Positions 1 through 10,600 of a DNA stretch of 42,287 nt are shown one piece after another. A program made the translations under genes and the position numbers. This DNA comes from Armatimonadota bacterium. Lineage in GTDB: Bacteria > Armatimonadota > Hebobacteria > CAIYQO01. Where the stretch lies: assembly GCA_044344305.1 (NCBI GenBank), contig JBIJDE010000002.1, forward strand, positions 1 to 42,287. The letters are read 5' to 3'. Numbering within the stretch: position 1 is the stretch's first letter; each line of letters opens with the position of its first letter. Under the pieces are notes generated by a model. That model saw only the letters and a program-made list of their open reading frames with translations. It had not been told where the DNA came from and did not search any database.

Positions 1-1
1 G

Positions 2-2167
2 AAAGCCATGGCAGATTCTAAGGCTAAAAAACGCAACTATTTCATTTTTAAACACCAGTTATCCAATAAGGAAATACGTGATGTAGAGGTATACTCGGGG
101 CCTGTAAAATTTGGCACATCTACAATGCTATATTCATTCGCACATGATATCACCGACAGAATACGCATAGAAGAGTATTTACGTAGAAGTAATGAAAAGC
201 ATAAAACAATAATTAAAACAGCAATGGATGGTTTTTGGGTAATTAGTGTTCATGGAGATCTACTGGAAGTGAATGAAACATACTGTCGCATGATAGGCTA
301 TAGTAACGAAGAATTGCTGACGATGAATATCACCGACATTGAGGTAATTGAATCACAGGAAGATACTAAAAGGCATTTGAAATATATTATTGAAAATGGT
401 GAAGATCGTTTTGAATCACGGCATCGTTGTAAAAATGGCAAGATTATAGATGTTGAAGTTAGCATACAACATCGAGTAGATGATAATCAAATGGTAACAT
501 TTATTCATGATATAACTGAACGCAAGCAATTGGAGGATGTTCAGTCATTTTTATCGACTGTCAGCAATGGTGGGGATGATAAACCATTTTTTAATGCATT
601 GGCAGAGTTTCTGGCTGTTAAATTAGGAATAAACATTGTTTCCATTAACCGTCTCGACGATGATGGATTAATGGCACGAACAGTGGCTATTTGGCATGAT
701 GGTGTGTTGGAAGATAATATTTCATATTCGTTGAAAGATACTCCATATGCTGAAGTGGTAAATAAGTCCATGTGCTACATTCAATCTGGCGTTTCACAAT
801 TATTCCCCAACGATGAAGTTCTACAAAGTTTAAATGCCGAAAGTTTTGCAGGTATTACATTAGTTGGGCATTCCAGTCAGCCAATTGGGTTGATAGCATT
901 GATTGGCAAAAATCCGCTGACCAGTCAGCCAGTTATTGAATCAATGTTAAAATTAGTAGCAGAAAGAGCAGTTGGCGAGATGGAAAGACTGGATGCACTT
1001 GATGAAAAAAACAGATTAGAATCCCAAATGCATCAGAATCAAAAAATGGAATTTGTTGGCAGACTTGCTGGCGGTATAGCACATGATTTTAATAATATGC
1101 TGTGTGTAATACTGGGACATTCAGAAATGGCATTGGAACAAGTAGATCCGGATGATCCAATTTTTGCCGATTTAAAGGAAATCATGGATGCTGCTCAACG
1201 TTCTGCAGATTTGACCCGCCAATTACTGGCATTTGCCCGCAAGCAAACTGTTGAGCCAAAACTACTTGACTTGAATCAAACTATTTCCGGCATGCTTAAT
1301 ATGTTGAAACGGCTTATTGGTGAGAATATTGACCTTAACTGGCAATCAGAAGCGGGTTTGTGGCCAATAATGATTGACCCGTCACAGGTCGACCAGATAC
1401 TCGCTAATTTGTGTGTTAATGCTCGCGGTGCAATAAATGGGGTTGGTAAAATTATATTTGAAACAGATAATAAAGTTTTCACTAAAGCATTTTGTTCTGC
1501 AAATGTAGAATACCAAACTGGTGAATATGTCCACCTTGCTGTTAGAGATAATGGTTGCGGGATGGATAATGAAACATTAGAACATATTTTTGAACCTTTC
1601 TTTACGACAAAAGGCATCAACGAGGGAACAGGGTTGGGATTATCTACAGTATATGGCGCTATTAAACAGAATAATGGTTTTATAACTGTTAATAGCGAAG
1701 TCGGAACAGGTACAACATTCAACATATACTTCCCACGTTTCATAGGCAAAGCAGAAGATGTTGAAACAGATGAAAAATTGATTCCCATAAAACGTGGGAA
1801 TGAAACAATTCTTATAGTAGAAGATGAACCGGTTATTTTAAAACTGACAGATAAGGTGCTGGTTAGTCTGGGTTATAATGTATTTACAGCCAATAGTCCG
1901 GCGGAGGCTATTAATGTAGTACACTCCAAAAATGGCAAAATAGATTTAATAATTACAGATGTAATAATGCCTGGAATGAATGGGCGTGATTTGATAAATA
2001 TAATAAACTCTTTTTACCCAAATATTAAATACTTTTTTATATCCGGATATACAGCAGATGTTATTGCAAAACAGGGAATTTTAGATCAAGGGGTGAACTT
2101 CCTGCAAAAGCCATTTTCAGTAAAAGCAATTTCTGATAAAGTTTATGAAACTATGAAAAAAGAATAA
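2..2167 (+). CDS. Hybrid sensor histidine kinase (PAS-PAS-GAF-HisKA-HATPase-REC); 5' end probably cut by the window edge
   Basis: The frame is open from position 2, with no stop before the first ATG at 8. The first residues already look like the end of a PAS fold (SFAHDITDRIRIEE). A second PAS follows (DGFWVISVHGDLLEVNETYCRMIGYS...FIHDITERK), then a GAF-like block. H-box VGRLAGGIAHDFNNML, ATPase boxes DNGCGM and GTGLGLS, receiver ILIVEDE...DLIITDVIMPGMNG...QKPF. Confidence 0.85.
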   Translation, partial: KAMADSKAKKRNYFIFKHQLSNKEIRDVEVYSGPVKFGTSTMLYSFAHDITDRIRIEEYLRRSNEKHKTIIKTAMDGFWVISVHGDLLEVNETYCRMIGYSNEELLTMNITDIEVIESQEDTKRHLKYIIENGEDRFESRHRCKNGKIIDVEVSIQHRVDDNQMVTFIHDITERKQLEDVQSFLSTVSNGGDDKPFFNALAEFLAVKLGINIVSINRLDDDGLMARTVAIWHDGVLEDNISYSLKDTPYAEVVNKSMCYIQSGVSQLFPNDEVLQSLNAESFAGITLVGHSSQPIGLIALIGKNPLTSQPVIESMLKLVAERAVGEMERLDALDEKNRLESQMHQNQKMEFVGRLAGGIAHDFNNMLCVILGHSEMALEQVDPDDPIFADLKEIMDAAQRSADLTRQLLAFARKQTVEPKLLDLNQTISGMLNMLKRLIGENIDLNWQSEAGLWPIMIDPSQVDQILANLCVNARGAINGVGKIIFETDNKVFTKAFCSANVEYQTGEYVHLAVRDNGCGMDNETLEHIFEPFFTTKGINEGTGLGLSTVYGAIKQNNGFITVNSEVGTGTTFNIYFPRFIGKAEDVETDEKLIPIKRGNETILIVEDEPVILKLTDKVLVSLGYNVFTANSPAEAINVVHSKNGKIDLIITDVIMPGMNGRDLINIINSFYPNIKYFFISGYTADVIAKQGILDQGVNFLQKPFSVKAISDKVYETMKKE

Positions 2168-2816
2168 GTTTACAAACAAACGATGCCCATAAAAATATCC
2201 TCATTTCATCATATCGCTTGAATCTGTCAGGACTGACATCTCATTTGACGATTAGTGGTGTGAAGGGATAAACCATTAATTATTAGGCGATATCTTCAAT
2301 CTTTAATCCTTAATCCTTAATCAATATTATTTCTATTCACGTTCAAAATAACTGCGGATGTTTTTTGAAGTCGACAGGCATCAATATAGTTATAAATCGT
2401 CTCCGGTGTTGCTTTTCTTTGCTCATTTTTTATGTAATATAAAAATCTCTTTGCCGACCATTTATCTCTGCTGATCGGAGAGAGGATAGCGGTTGGTTAA
2501 CAAGATGTCAATTAATCAGCAGGTTAAAGCTCATGTTTTTGATTTATTAGACATACTCGTATGCTAAATATAGTCTTTCATTGGTTATAAGAGGACTACA
2601 AAAGGATAATCTATCTTCTTTTTCTGGTAAATCAGTAGATTTGTTTAATTTCATTTATACCAATATTCCCCACCTATTTATCAGGTGATTAACTTATATT
2701 TTAATTTTGTTGACGATGATATAATTTTATTATTGTTCCAATACAGAATGACTTTACCTGCATTGGCCTAAAGCTTACCTATTGAAAAACTATAAAGTCG
2801 TTCAGGAGATTTAGTA

Positions 2817-3869
2817 ATGAATAAATCATTTATTTTATGTGTATTTTCCATGTGCATGCTTGTATTAAGCAATGTGAGAATTATTGCGCAGGGAAATGAG
2901 ATACCTTTAACATCATTAAGATGTCTCTCGAGGCCTATGGTAGAGGATTTTGAAACTGAAATACGATCGATAAAATATAGCATAGCATATAAATATAATA
3001 CAGCTGTCAAAGACTATCAAAAAGATACTGAATATGTATTAGGCGGAAAATACGAATGGTTTATTTGTGAAGTTGGTTTTGATGATACTGCAAAAACGGA
3101 TGAACATCGGGATTTGAAGATATCAGTTGATGGGAAAGCTGTTGAAGTACCAACAATTATTGCATTAAAGTCACCTGTTAAAATAAAGATAAATGTTAAG
3201 GATGTTATGAGAATCAGATTTGATTGGGGTATATATTATGCTGATGTCTCAAAATTATTTCGTTTTATAAATCCGAGAGTTGTAATCGGGGAACCAATTA
3301 TTATTTGCCCTAATTGTAGTCAAAGATTTGCTTCTAATACAGATCGTGAACAGCACATAAAATCTAATCATCAAATCACTCCATTAAAAGCAGGTGAGAT
3401 AACACAACCAGCTGCTGATTGGCCATACGCAATTGACCCAAAGGATTTGGAAACCCTGGCTGTTACCTTAAGGAAACGTATTAATGCAAATCCAGAACTA
3501 AAATTAAAGATTCAAAAGGATCAGATTGCATTGATGACATTTAATCTTATTGATATTCCCAAACTATCTGTCGCAGATAAGGTAGCGGAGAATTTATCGA
3601 CTTCGCTTATTAATAATGATTTTCTACTGGTTGAACGTGGTCAACTTGACAAAGCGTTCAAAGAACTTAAGTTACAGGTTAGTGGCGTTATAGATCCTGC
3701 AACTGCAAAAAAAATAGGCGATATTACCGGTTGTGATAACATTATTGTTGGCAGCATTTCAGATGAAGGACTGTTTGTTGTTATTAACGCCCGTTTACTG
3801 GATACATCCACAGGAAAGGCTCTTGCAGCTGAACGAGTTGAAATGAGGAAGATGGAAATAAAAAGATAA
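2817..3869 (+). CDS. Secreted or periplasmic protein of unknown function: signal peptide, possible NPCBM-like beta-sandwich, classical C2H2 zinc-finger motif, C-terminal CsgG/LpoB-like domain
   Basis: AGGAG lies about 8 nt upstream of the ATG. The N-terminus MNKSFILCVFSMCMLVLSNVRIIAQG looks like a signal peptide. CPNCSQRFASNTDREQHIKSNH fits C-x2-C-x12-H-x4-H. The C-terminal LVERGQLDKAFKELK...GCDNIIVGSISDEG...VINARLLDTSTGK resembles CsgG/LpoB-type periplasmic folds (from memory, not searched). Confidence 0.7.
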   Translation: MNKSFILCVFSMCMLVLSNVRIIAQGNEIPLTSLRCLSRPMVEDFETEIRSIKYSIAYKYNTAVKDYQKDTEYVLGGKYEWFICEVGFDDTAKTDEHRDLKISVDGKAVEVPTIIALKSPVKIKINVKDVMRIRFDWGIYYADVSKLFRFINPRVVIGEPIIICPNCSQRFASNTDREQHIKSNHQITPLKAGEITQPAADWPYAIDPKDLETLAVTLRKRINANPELKLKIQKDQIALMTFNLIDIPKLSVADKVAENLSTSLINNDFLLVERGQLDKAFKELKLQVSGVIDPATAKKIGDITGCDNIIVGSISDEGLFVVINARLLDTSTGKALAAERVEMRKMEIKR

Positions 3870-3925
3870 AGAATATGAGCGTTAAATTTACTGCATAGAT
3901 TATATTCGTACAAAAGAAAAATTCA

Positions 3926-5233
3926 TTAATCTATCTTTTGCTTCTTATTTTTTGATTTTTTGATTTTTAACGGCAGCAGCAAGCAAATTGATGTCCCTTT
4001 GTTCGTTGAACTTGTTATTTCAACTTTCCCTCCCAATCCTTCTATCTGTTTTTTTATGTTAAACAGCCCAAAACCTATATTGTAATCTTCTGGATTTAAA
4101 ATATTATTGCTAACAAAACCTGTACCACAGTCTGATACCGTCAAATGAAAATATTCATTATCTTGCATACAAAATGTTATTTTTCCATTTCTCACCTTGG
4201 CGTGTTTATCTATATTCAGCAGCATTTCTCGCACTGCCTGGTAGGCGCAAATGCTTACTTCGCTGCATATGTTCGATATTCTTTCATCAGTTATGACTTC
4301 AACAATGAAATTAAACCTATCGGACATTTGCTGTGCCAGATTTAATATTGCATCCTGAAGACCTTTTTCATAAAGTTCGGTGGGCATAATCTGGTGAGCA
4401 ATTGTCCTTACTTCCGTAATAGCTTCATAAAGCATCCTATCAACATTTGCAAATATTGTTCTCGGTGCAGTTTCTGTAACTTCACGAATACCTATATTTA
4501 ATGTTAATCTGGCAGCTACCAGAATTTGCTGTATATCCTCATGCAATAGATGTGATATCTTATTACGTTCTTTTTCCTCAGCATGAATAAATTGTTTACT
4601 TAATGTCTGTAGTTTGTTAGCGCGGTCCTCTGCGATGGCGGTATATTTAACTATCTGCTTTTCCAAATCATCTCTATAATTATTAATTATTTCTTCTGAT
4701 AATTTATTATCGGTTATATCAATAATCGTTATTCTAAAATCAGTTCTATCATCGTCAGACACTGCGACAGCAGTTAGCCGCCCCCAGAATGTTGTTTTGT
4801 CTTTTTTTACCATCCGCAATTCGCAAAACTCTGTTATCTTTGTATCAAGTAATTTTTTGCGGAAATTATAGTAAATATCCTGGTCTTCTTTATAAATAAA
4901 TTTTGAAAATGGATAATTTACAATTGCTTTTCGTGCTGTCCCCAACAAATTAGCCGCAGTAAGGTTGCTTTCTATAATCATGAGATGTTCATTAACAGTT
5001 AAGTATCCTACCGGTGCCATATCATAAAGGTCGAAATACCGTCTATTTGAAATATCCAATGCTATGTGATTATTGCGTATTTCGTCGTTTTGCATTTCAA
5101 GTTCAATTTGATGAACCTTCAATTCATGAAATATCTGCTTTATTTCATCAGCAGACAGATCTGAGATATTATTTGGCGAAAGAGCAGCCATCTCTTCAGC
5201 CAATTTGCGGATATCAGTAATGTTTTTCATCAT
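3926..5233 (-). CDS. PAS sensor histidine kinase, HisKA_3 (NarX/DegS-like) type
   Basis: N-terminal coiled coil plus PAS (RYFDLYDMAPVGYLTVNE). HisKA_3-type H-box EEKERNKISHLLHEDIQQ. HATPase_c boxes VSDCGTGF and GFGLFNIKKQIEGLGGKV. AAGGA lies upstream of the ATG. No LuxR-type partner regulator is adjacent. Confidence 0.85.
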   Translation of the reverse strand: MMKNITDIRKLAEEMAALSPNNISDLSADEIKQIFHELKVHQIELEMQNDEIRNNHIALDISNRRYFDLYDMAPVGYLTVNEHLMIIESNLTAANLLGTARKAIVNYPFSKFIYKEDQDIYYNFRKKLLDTKITEFCELRMVKKDKTTFWGRLTAVAVSDDDRTDFRITIIDITDNKLSEEIINNYRDDLEKQIVKYTAIAEDRANKLQTLSKQFIHAEEKERNKISHLLHEDIQQILVAARLTLNIGIREVTETAPRTIFANVDRMLYEAITEVRTIAHQIMPTELYEKGLQDAILNLAQQMSDRFNFIVEVITDERISNICSEVSICAYQAVREMLLNIDKHAKVRNGKITFCMQDNEYFHLTVSDCGTGFVSNNILNPEDYNIGFGLFNIKKQIEGLGGKVEITSSTNKGTSICLLLPLKIKKSKNKKQKID

Positions 5234-5313
5234 AAATCCTTGTTACCCGGCGTGTATAATGCTTCCATAACCTTAACTGCCAATTTTCAACTACGATGAG
5301 TTAAAAATATAGC

Positions 5314-7494
5314 TTACATCTTTTTATCCGGCGTGTCTATTACTTCACTAACTATAGCTGCCATTTTTTTCATTGTGAACGGTTTTGTAATGAAGTTTAC
5401 ACCTTTTTCAAGCATTCCCTGGTTGGCAATAATATCTGCTGTATAGCCAGACATCAATAAAGTTTTTATATTTGGATTTATCTGTAATATTTTATTCACA
5501 AGATCCTGTCCATTCATTTCCGGCATGATAATGTCAGTGAAAATCAAATGAATATCATCGGTATATTCTTTAACAATATTAATTGCCCTACCTGGAGAGT
5601 TTGTAGATAATACGGTATACCCCAATTTTTCGAGCATCGCGGTTACCAGTTTTAAAATAGAAATTTCATCTTCTACAAGAAGGATTGTTTCCTTACCTCG
5701 TATAACAGGTAATTCAATAACATCATCAGATTCCTCATTATCGTCATTATATTGAGGTAGAAAAATAGTAAATGTTGTACCGATACCCAATTCGCTATTT
5801 GTCTGTATAAAACCATTATTTTGTTTGCAAATGCCGTATACAGTTGCTAATCCCATCCCGGTTCCTTTACCTGTATCCTTAGTTGTAAAAAAAGGTTCAA
5901 AAATATTGTCAATAATCTCTTTTTTAATTCCACATCCTGTATCGGTAATTGATATAGATACATATTCACCGATTATTGCCGCCGGATTTTTTTTGCAATA
6001 GCCATCATCTATTAAACTGTTTTTAGTCTCAATCGTTAATGTTCCTACGCCGGTTATTGAATCGCGTGCATTAATGCATAAATTGACCAAAATCTGGTCT
6101 ATCTGTGATGGGTCTACTTTTATTTTACATATATTTGCTTCGGCTATTAGTTTTAAAGTTATATCCTCGCCAATCAGTCGGTGCAACATTTTCAACATTC
6201 CAGTTATAGCGTCGTTTAAGTTCAGCACTTTGGGTGTTACAGTTTGTTTACGGGCAAATGCCAGTAATTGGCGGGTCAAATCGGCAGAACGGTCGGCGCA
6301 TTTCTTTATTTCTTCCAGGTTTTCTCTACCCTTATTTATTTCCGGGATATAATTCATTGCCAATTCTGCATTCCCCAGAATAGCCTGCAGCATGTTGTTA
6401 AAGTCATGGGCTACACCACCTGCCAGCCGACCTATAGATTCCATTTTTAATGCCTGGTGCAACTGTTCTTGAAGTATATCTTTTTCTTCTTCAGCCTCAA
6501 GACGTTCTAACTCTGCTGCTGCTCTATGGGTCACTAATTTAAGAATATTCTCAACAATTAATTGATTATCAAATCTACTTCGTTTAATAACAGCAATCAA
6601 TCCGATAGGTTGACCGGTATGGCTCCAAAGTGTTACACCGGCATAACTTTCCGCTTTTAAATCTTGAAGTACCTGATCGTCAGGGAAAAATTGACAGACA
6701 CTGGCGGGGAAACAACAAACGGATTTGCCTACCACATCTCCGCATGGTGTGTCTTTTAATGCATATGTAACATTATCTTCAAAATGACCATCACACCAGA
6801 CGGCTACTGTTCGTGCATCCAGCCCATTTCCTTCCAGCCGGTCAATGCAAACGAAATCCACTCCTAATCTTTCTGCTAAAAATTCAGCCAACACATTAAA
6901 GAATGATTCCACATTCTTTCCACTGCTGGTTGTAGCCAGAAATAACTGGATATCTTCTATTTGCTTACGCTCTGTAATGTCATTAACTACTATACGAAGT
7001 AAAGTACCGAGTTCTTTATCTATTACAGGTGTTGCTGTTAGTTGCACCCATATTTGAGCATTATTACTTGTTTTTATCTGCAATTCACAAGATAAAGTTT
7101 CTTGTGACGCTATCAATTCCTTACGAAATTTATAATAAATATCCTGGTTATCTTTTTCAATAAACTTTGAAAACGGGGATTTTACGATAAAATTACGAGT
7201 TGTATTCAGCATATTAGCCAAAGTAAGATTACACTCTATAATCATGCCTTCATCATCTACACTAAAGTATCCTATCGGTGCTGTATCATAGAGGTCGAAA
7301 TAACGTGTTTTTGAAGCATCTAATTCAACCTGGCATTTTAATAATTCGTTGTTTTGCATTTCCAGTTCTATTTGATGAACTTGCAATTCATGAATCATCT
7401 GCTTGGTTTCAGATTCAGATAATTTGGCCATATTATCAGGCAACTGTGCAGCCTTTATTTCAGCTAACTTGCGAATATCAACAATACTTTTCAT
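5314..7494 (-). CDS. Hybrid sensor histidine kinase (coiled coil-PAS-GAF-HisKA-HATPase-REC), paralog of ORF 2-2167
   Basis: H-box IGRLAGGVAHDFNNML, ATPase boxes DTGCGI and GTGMGLATVYG, receiver ILLVEDE...HLIFTDIIMPEMNG...TKPF. The GAF region is colinear with ORF 2-2167 (LAEFLAERLGVDFVCIDRL vs LAEFLAVKLGINIVSINRL). Confidence 0.9.
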   Translation of the reverse strand: MKSIVDIRKLAEIKAAQLPDNMAKLSESETKQMIHELQVHQIELEMQNNELLKCQVELDASKTRYFDLYDTAPIGYFSVDDEGMIIECNLTLANMLNTTRNFIVKSPFSKFIEKDNQDIYYKFRKELIASQETLSCELQIKTSNNAQIWVQLTATPVIDKELGTLLRIVVNDITERKQIEDIQLFLATTSSGKNVESFFNVLAEFLAERLGVDFVCIDRLEGNGLDARTVAVWCDGHFEDNVTYALKDTPCGDVVGKSVCCFPASVCQFFPDDQVLQDLKAESYAGVTLWSHTGQPIGLIAVIKRSRFDNQLIVENILKLVTHRAAAELERLEAEEEKDILQEQLHQALKMESIGRLAGGVAHDFNNMLQAILGNAELAMNYIPEINKGRENLEEIKKCADRSADLTRQLLAFARKQTVTPKVLNLNDAITGMLKMLHRLIGEDITLKLIAEANICKIKVDPSQIDQILVNLCINARDSITGVGTLTIETKNSLIDDGYCKKNPAAIIGEYVSISITDTGCGIKKEIIDNIFEPFFTTKDTGKGTGMGLATVYGICKQNNGFIQTNSELGIGTTFTIFLPQYNDDNEESDDVIELPVIRGKETILLVEDEISILKLVTAMLEKLGYTVLSTNSPGRAINIVKEYTDDIHLIFTDIIMPEMNGQDLVNKILQINPNIKTLLMSGYTADIIANQGMLEKGVNFITKPFTMKKMAAIVSEVIDTPDKKM

Positions 7495-7528
7495 AAAACA
7501 TCCTTTTATTTACAGAACTTTCGCTTAA

Positions 7529-7553
7529 GGTCACTTCGACAAGCTCAGCGACC
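7529..7553. repeat. Single copy of the GGTCACTTCGACAAGCTCAG(Y)GACC palindromic unit
   Basis: GGTCACTTCGACAAGCTCAGCGACC sits in the intergenic region. The same 25-mer forms both arms of the hairpin at 32981-33042. Confidence 0.7.
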
Positions 7554-7605
7554 ATTTTTAAGCATATTTCTCTTGAAAAGCGAAAGTCCTGTATTTACAT
7601 ACTGT

Positions 7606-10600
7606 CTATTTATTTTGCTCAATAATTCGTTCCGTTGTAGCAATGGCATACATTTCACCGTTCTCATCAATAAGCGCAGTAGATGTTAGCCATATGTCAA
7701 GAATGGTATTATTTTTAGTTATTCTCTGCGTTTTGTAAGGTTTTAATATTTGTGATTTGGCCAGTTTGGAAATTATGGCGAGTTCATTTGCTTTATTATT
7801 TTGCGGTATTCTGTTGCGTACATTCATCAATAATGCTTCAGCTTCGCTCCAGCCATACATTCTTTCCGCACCGGGATTCCAGGCAATAATTTTCCCATCC
7901 AAATCCTGTACTGTAATCGCGTCATATGAATCGCTTACCACTATTGCCAGTCGCGCAATTTCATTAGCTTTCCGTAATGAATCCCGCGTATTTTTTAAAT
8001 CAGTGATATCAACAAAAGTTATCACGGTACCTTCTATGACGTTTTCAATTGTGCGATATGGTTTAATACGCATTATATACCATTTCCCATCCTGGGTATT
8101 TACTTCAATTTCTTTTGGTATCAACGTATCAAGTACTGCCTGTATATCTGTCACCAGGTTATTGTATCCCACCAGGTTGGATACGACATGCCCCACCGGA
8201 CGTCCCAAATCGCCGATTATGAGATTTATAATATTGGTGATATGAGGAGTATAACGCATAAGACGCATATTATTATCTACAAAAACAGTGGCGATTCCCG
8301 TTCCTGATAGCAGATTATTCATATCATTGTTAACCTGTGATAAATCACCCACCTTGATTTGCAATTCAGAGTTTACCGTTGCTAATTCTTCATTTATTGA
8401 TTGCAATTCTTCCTTCGATGTCTCCAATTCCTCGTTGGTAGACTGCAATTCCTCATTCACCGATTGCATTTCTTCATTAGATGATTTCAACTCTTCGTTC
8501 GAGGTTTCCAGTTCTTCATTGCAAACTTGCAAATATTCCTCTTTAGCCAGCAATTCTTTTTTTAGTTCCAGAATGTGCATGGCAATATCGGGATCAGTTT
8601 GTTGAATTTTCTCATAGTCTACAATCTGTTGTTTAAGTTCATTTGATGTCATTGCAGGTTGGATAGCTGCTTCGTTCAGAACAACTAAATATAAAGGTTC
8701 ATTTGAAGTTAAATCATACTTTGCCACTGCCGGACTAACAACCATATCAACCATGGTATAATGTCCATTCGTTTTTACGCGAATTCCCGAAGAGTGAAGC
8801 GTAGCACGTGAATTAACAACTTTATGCAATATAGTTGTTAATTCGCTTTTTAATCCTTCACGTGCCATCTTCAGGATATTGTTAATACCTGGGTCTCCAG
8901 GTGCCAGTTCTAAATACATTCCGGTATGTCCATGCAGATATAGTATATCGCCTTTGCCATTTACAAGAACTGCTGTCTGAATAATCTGTTTTAATATTGA
9001 ATGTTCTGTTAGTTCGCGCATAGATATTTTATGTACTGTAGGCATTTTTGCTAAGTCTATTGGAAGTGAGGCATTTACCGCTGTCATAGCTGGTAGGAAA
9101 TTACTGGTTGTTATACGCTGTGTCCCGTGGATATCATCCCTTCGTTTATATATCTTCGACTTGCGGTTTAATGTAACAAATAAATCAGTGCAATTACCGA
9201 TTGACTCTGATGTGCCAAGGAATAAAAAACCATTCGGTTTCAATGCGTAATAGAATAATGGTATCAATTTCTCCTGTAAATCTCCGGTCATGTAGATCAT
9301 CATATTGCGGCAACTGATAAGATCCATTTTGGAAAATGGTGGATCTTTTATTACATCCTGCTCAGAAAATACCAGCATATCCCGGATGCCTTTGTGTATG
9401 CGATAGGTGTCACCACTCGGTTCTATGGTGAAAAAACGTGCAATACGTTCGGGAGAAACATTAGATGTGATGCTGGCAGGATAAATGCCTGCCCGTGCTA
9501 TAGCAATCGCATTACTGTCAATATCAGTGGCAAATACCTGTACTTTATAGATTTGTTTCATCGCTTGCTGGCGTTCTGCCAGCAGTATAGCGATAGAATA
9601 TGCTTCTTCACCGGTTGAGCATGCAGGAATCCAGATGCGTATTGTTTCACTTGCACGTTTGCCGGCAAAAATATTGGCCACAACCTGTTCTTCAATAATC
9701 TTAAATGCCTCTGAATCACGGAAAAAGCTGGTAACTCCTATCAATAAATCATGAAACAGCGCATCCACTTCATTTGGTGCTTTTGATAAATATTTAACAT
9801 AATTTTCAAGTTCTGTAATCTGGTGAACCATCATTCGTCGTTCTATACGGCGATGAACGGTATTAATTTTATAACAAGAAAAATCGTGGCCTGTTTGGGC
9901 ACGCAGCAGAATATATATTTTGTTTAGTTGATTTTCTAAATCGGGGACATTCGCAAAAGAGATATCAGGCATTGTTTCAGGCAGATGGTTTACATAGGCC
10001 ATCAGTCGGGCTGGCATCTTGGCTGGCGGCAACTCATAATCTACTAATCCAGTAGCTATCGCACTTTTCGGCATTCCATTAAATTCAGCGGAATCGGGGG
10101 TCTGAGCCAAAACCATGCCGCCTACACTTTTAATAGACTTTATTCCTTCGGTACCATCACTTCCAGTCCCGGACAATACTATGGAAATAGCATTCTTTTG
10201 CTGATCCACAGCAAGAGAATGAAAGAAAAAATTAATTGGCAATCGCTGGCCGCGCGGGGAGGATGGCTCCAGCAATTGTAAAGTACCATTTAGTATAGCC
10301 ATGTTGTGTCCCGGGGGTATTATGTAGGTACAGTTAGGTTTTACTATCATGCCATCCTCTACCTCGAAAACATTCATACGAGTATATTGTCGAATAATCT
10401 CAGTAAGGATGCTTTTGTGGTCAGGATCCAAATGCTGTACCAGTACAAATGCCATGTTGGGTTCAGTTTCAGCAGGCATACCAGAAAAAAAAGCTTCGAA
10501 AGCCGCTAACCCGCCGGCGGACGCGCCAATACCGACAATGGGAAAATACTTTCGCGGAGAAACATTCACGGGTGTTTCCAATTCTGTTGGGGGAGTTTCA

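Noticed and set aside
2328-2497. Minus-strand open frame of ~56 codons in the 650-nt gap (PTAILSPISRDKWSAKRFLYYIKNEQRKATPETIYNYIDACRLQKTSAVILNVNRNNID)
   Set aside because: It has no ATG, GTG or TTG start anywhere in the frame and matches no recognisable family. It could be a gene remnant, but I cannot support a feature call.
8340-8560. 21-nt periodic DNA repeat inside the CheB-CheR gene
   Set aside because: It encodes the heptad coiled coil (NEEL-x-S/T-x)n that is typical of this protein family. The periodicity is protein-driven, not an independent DNA element.
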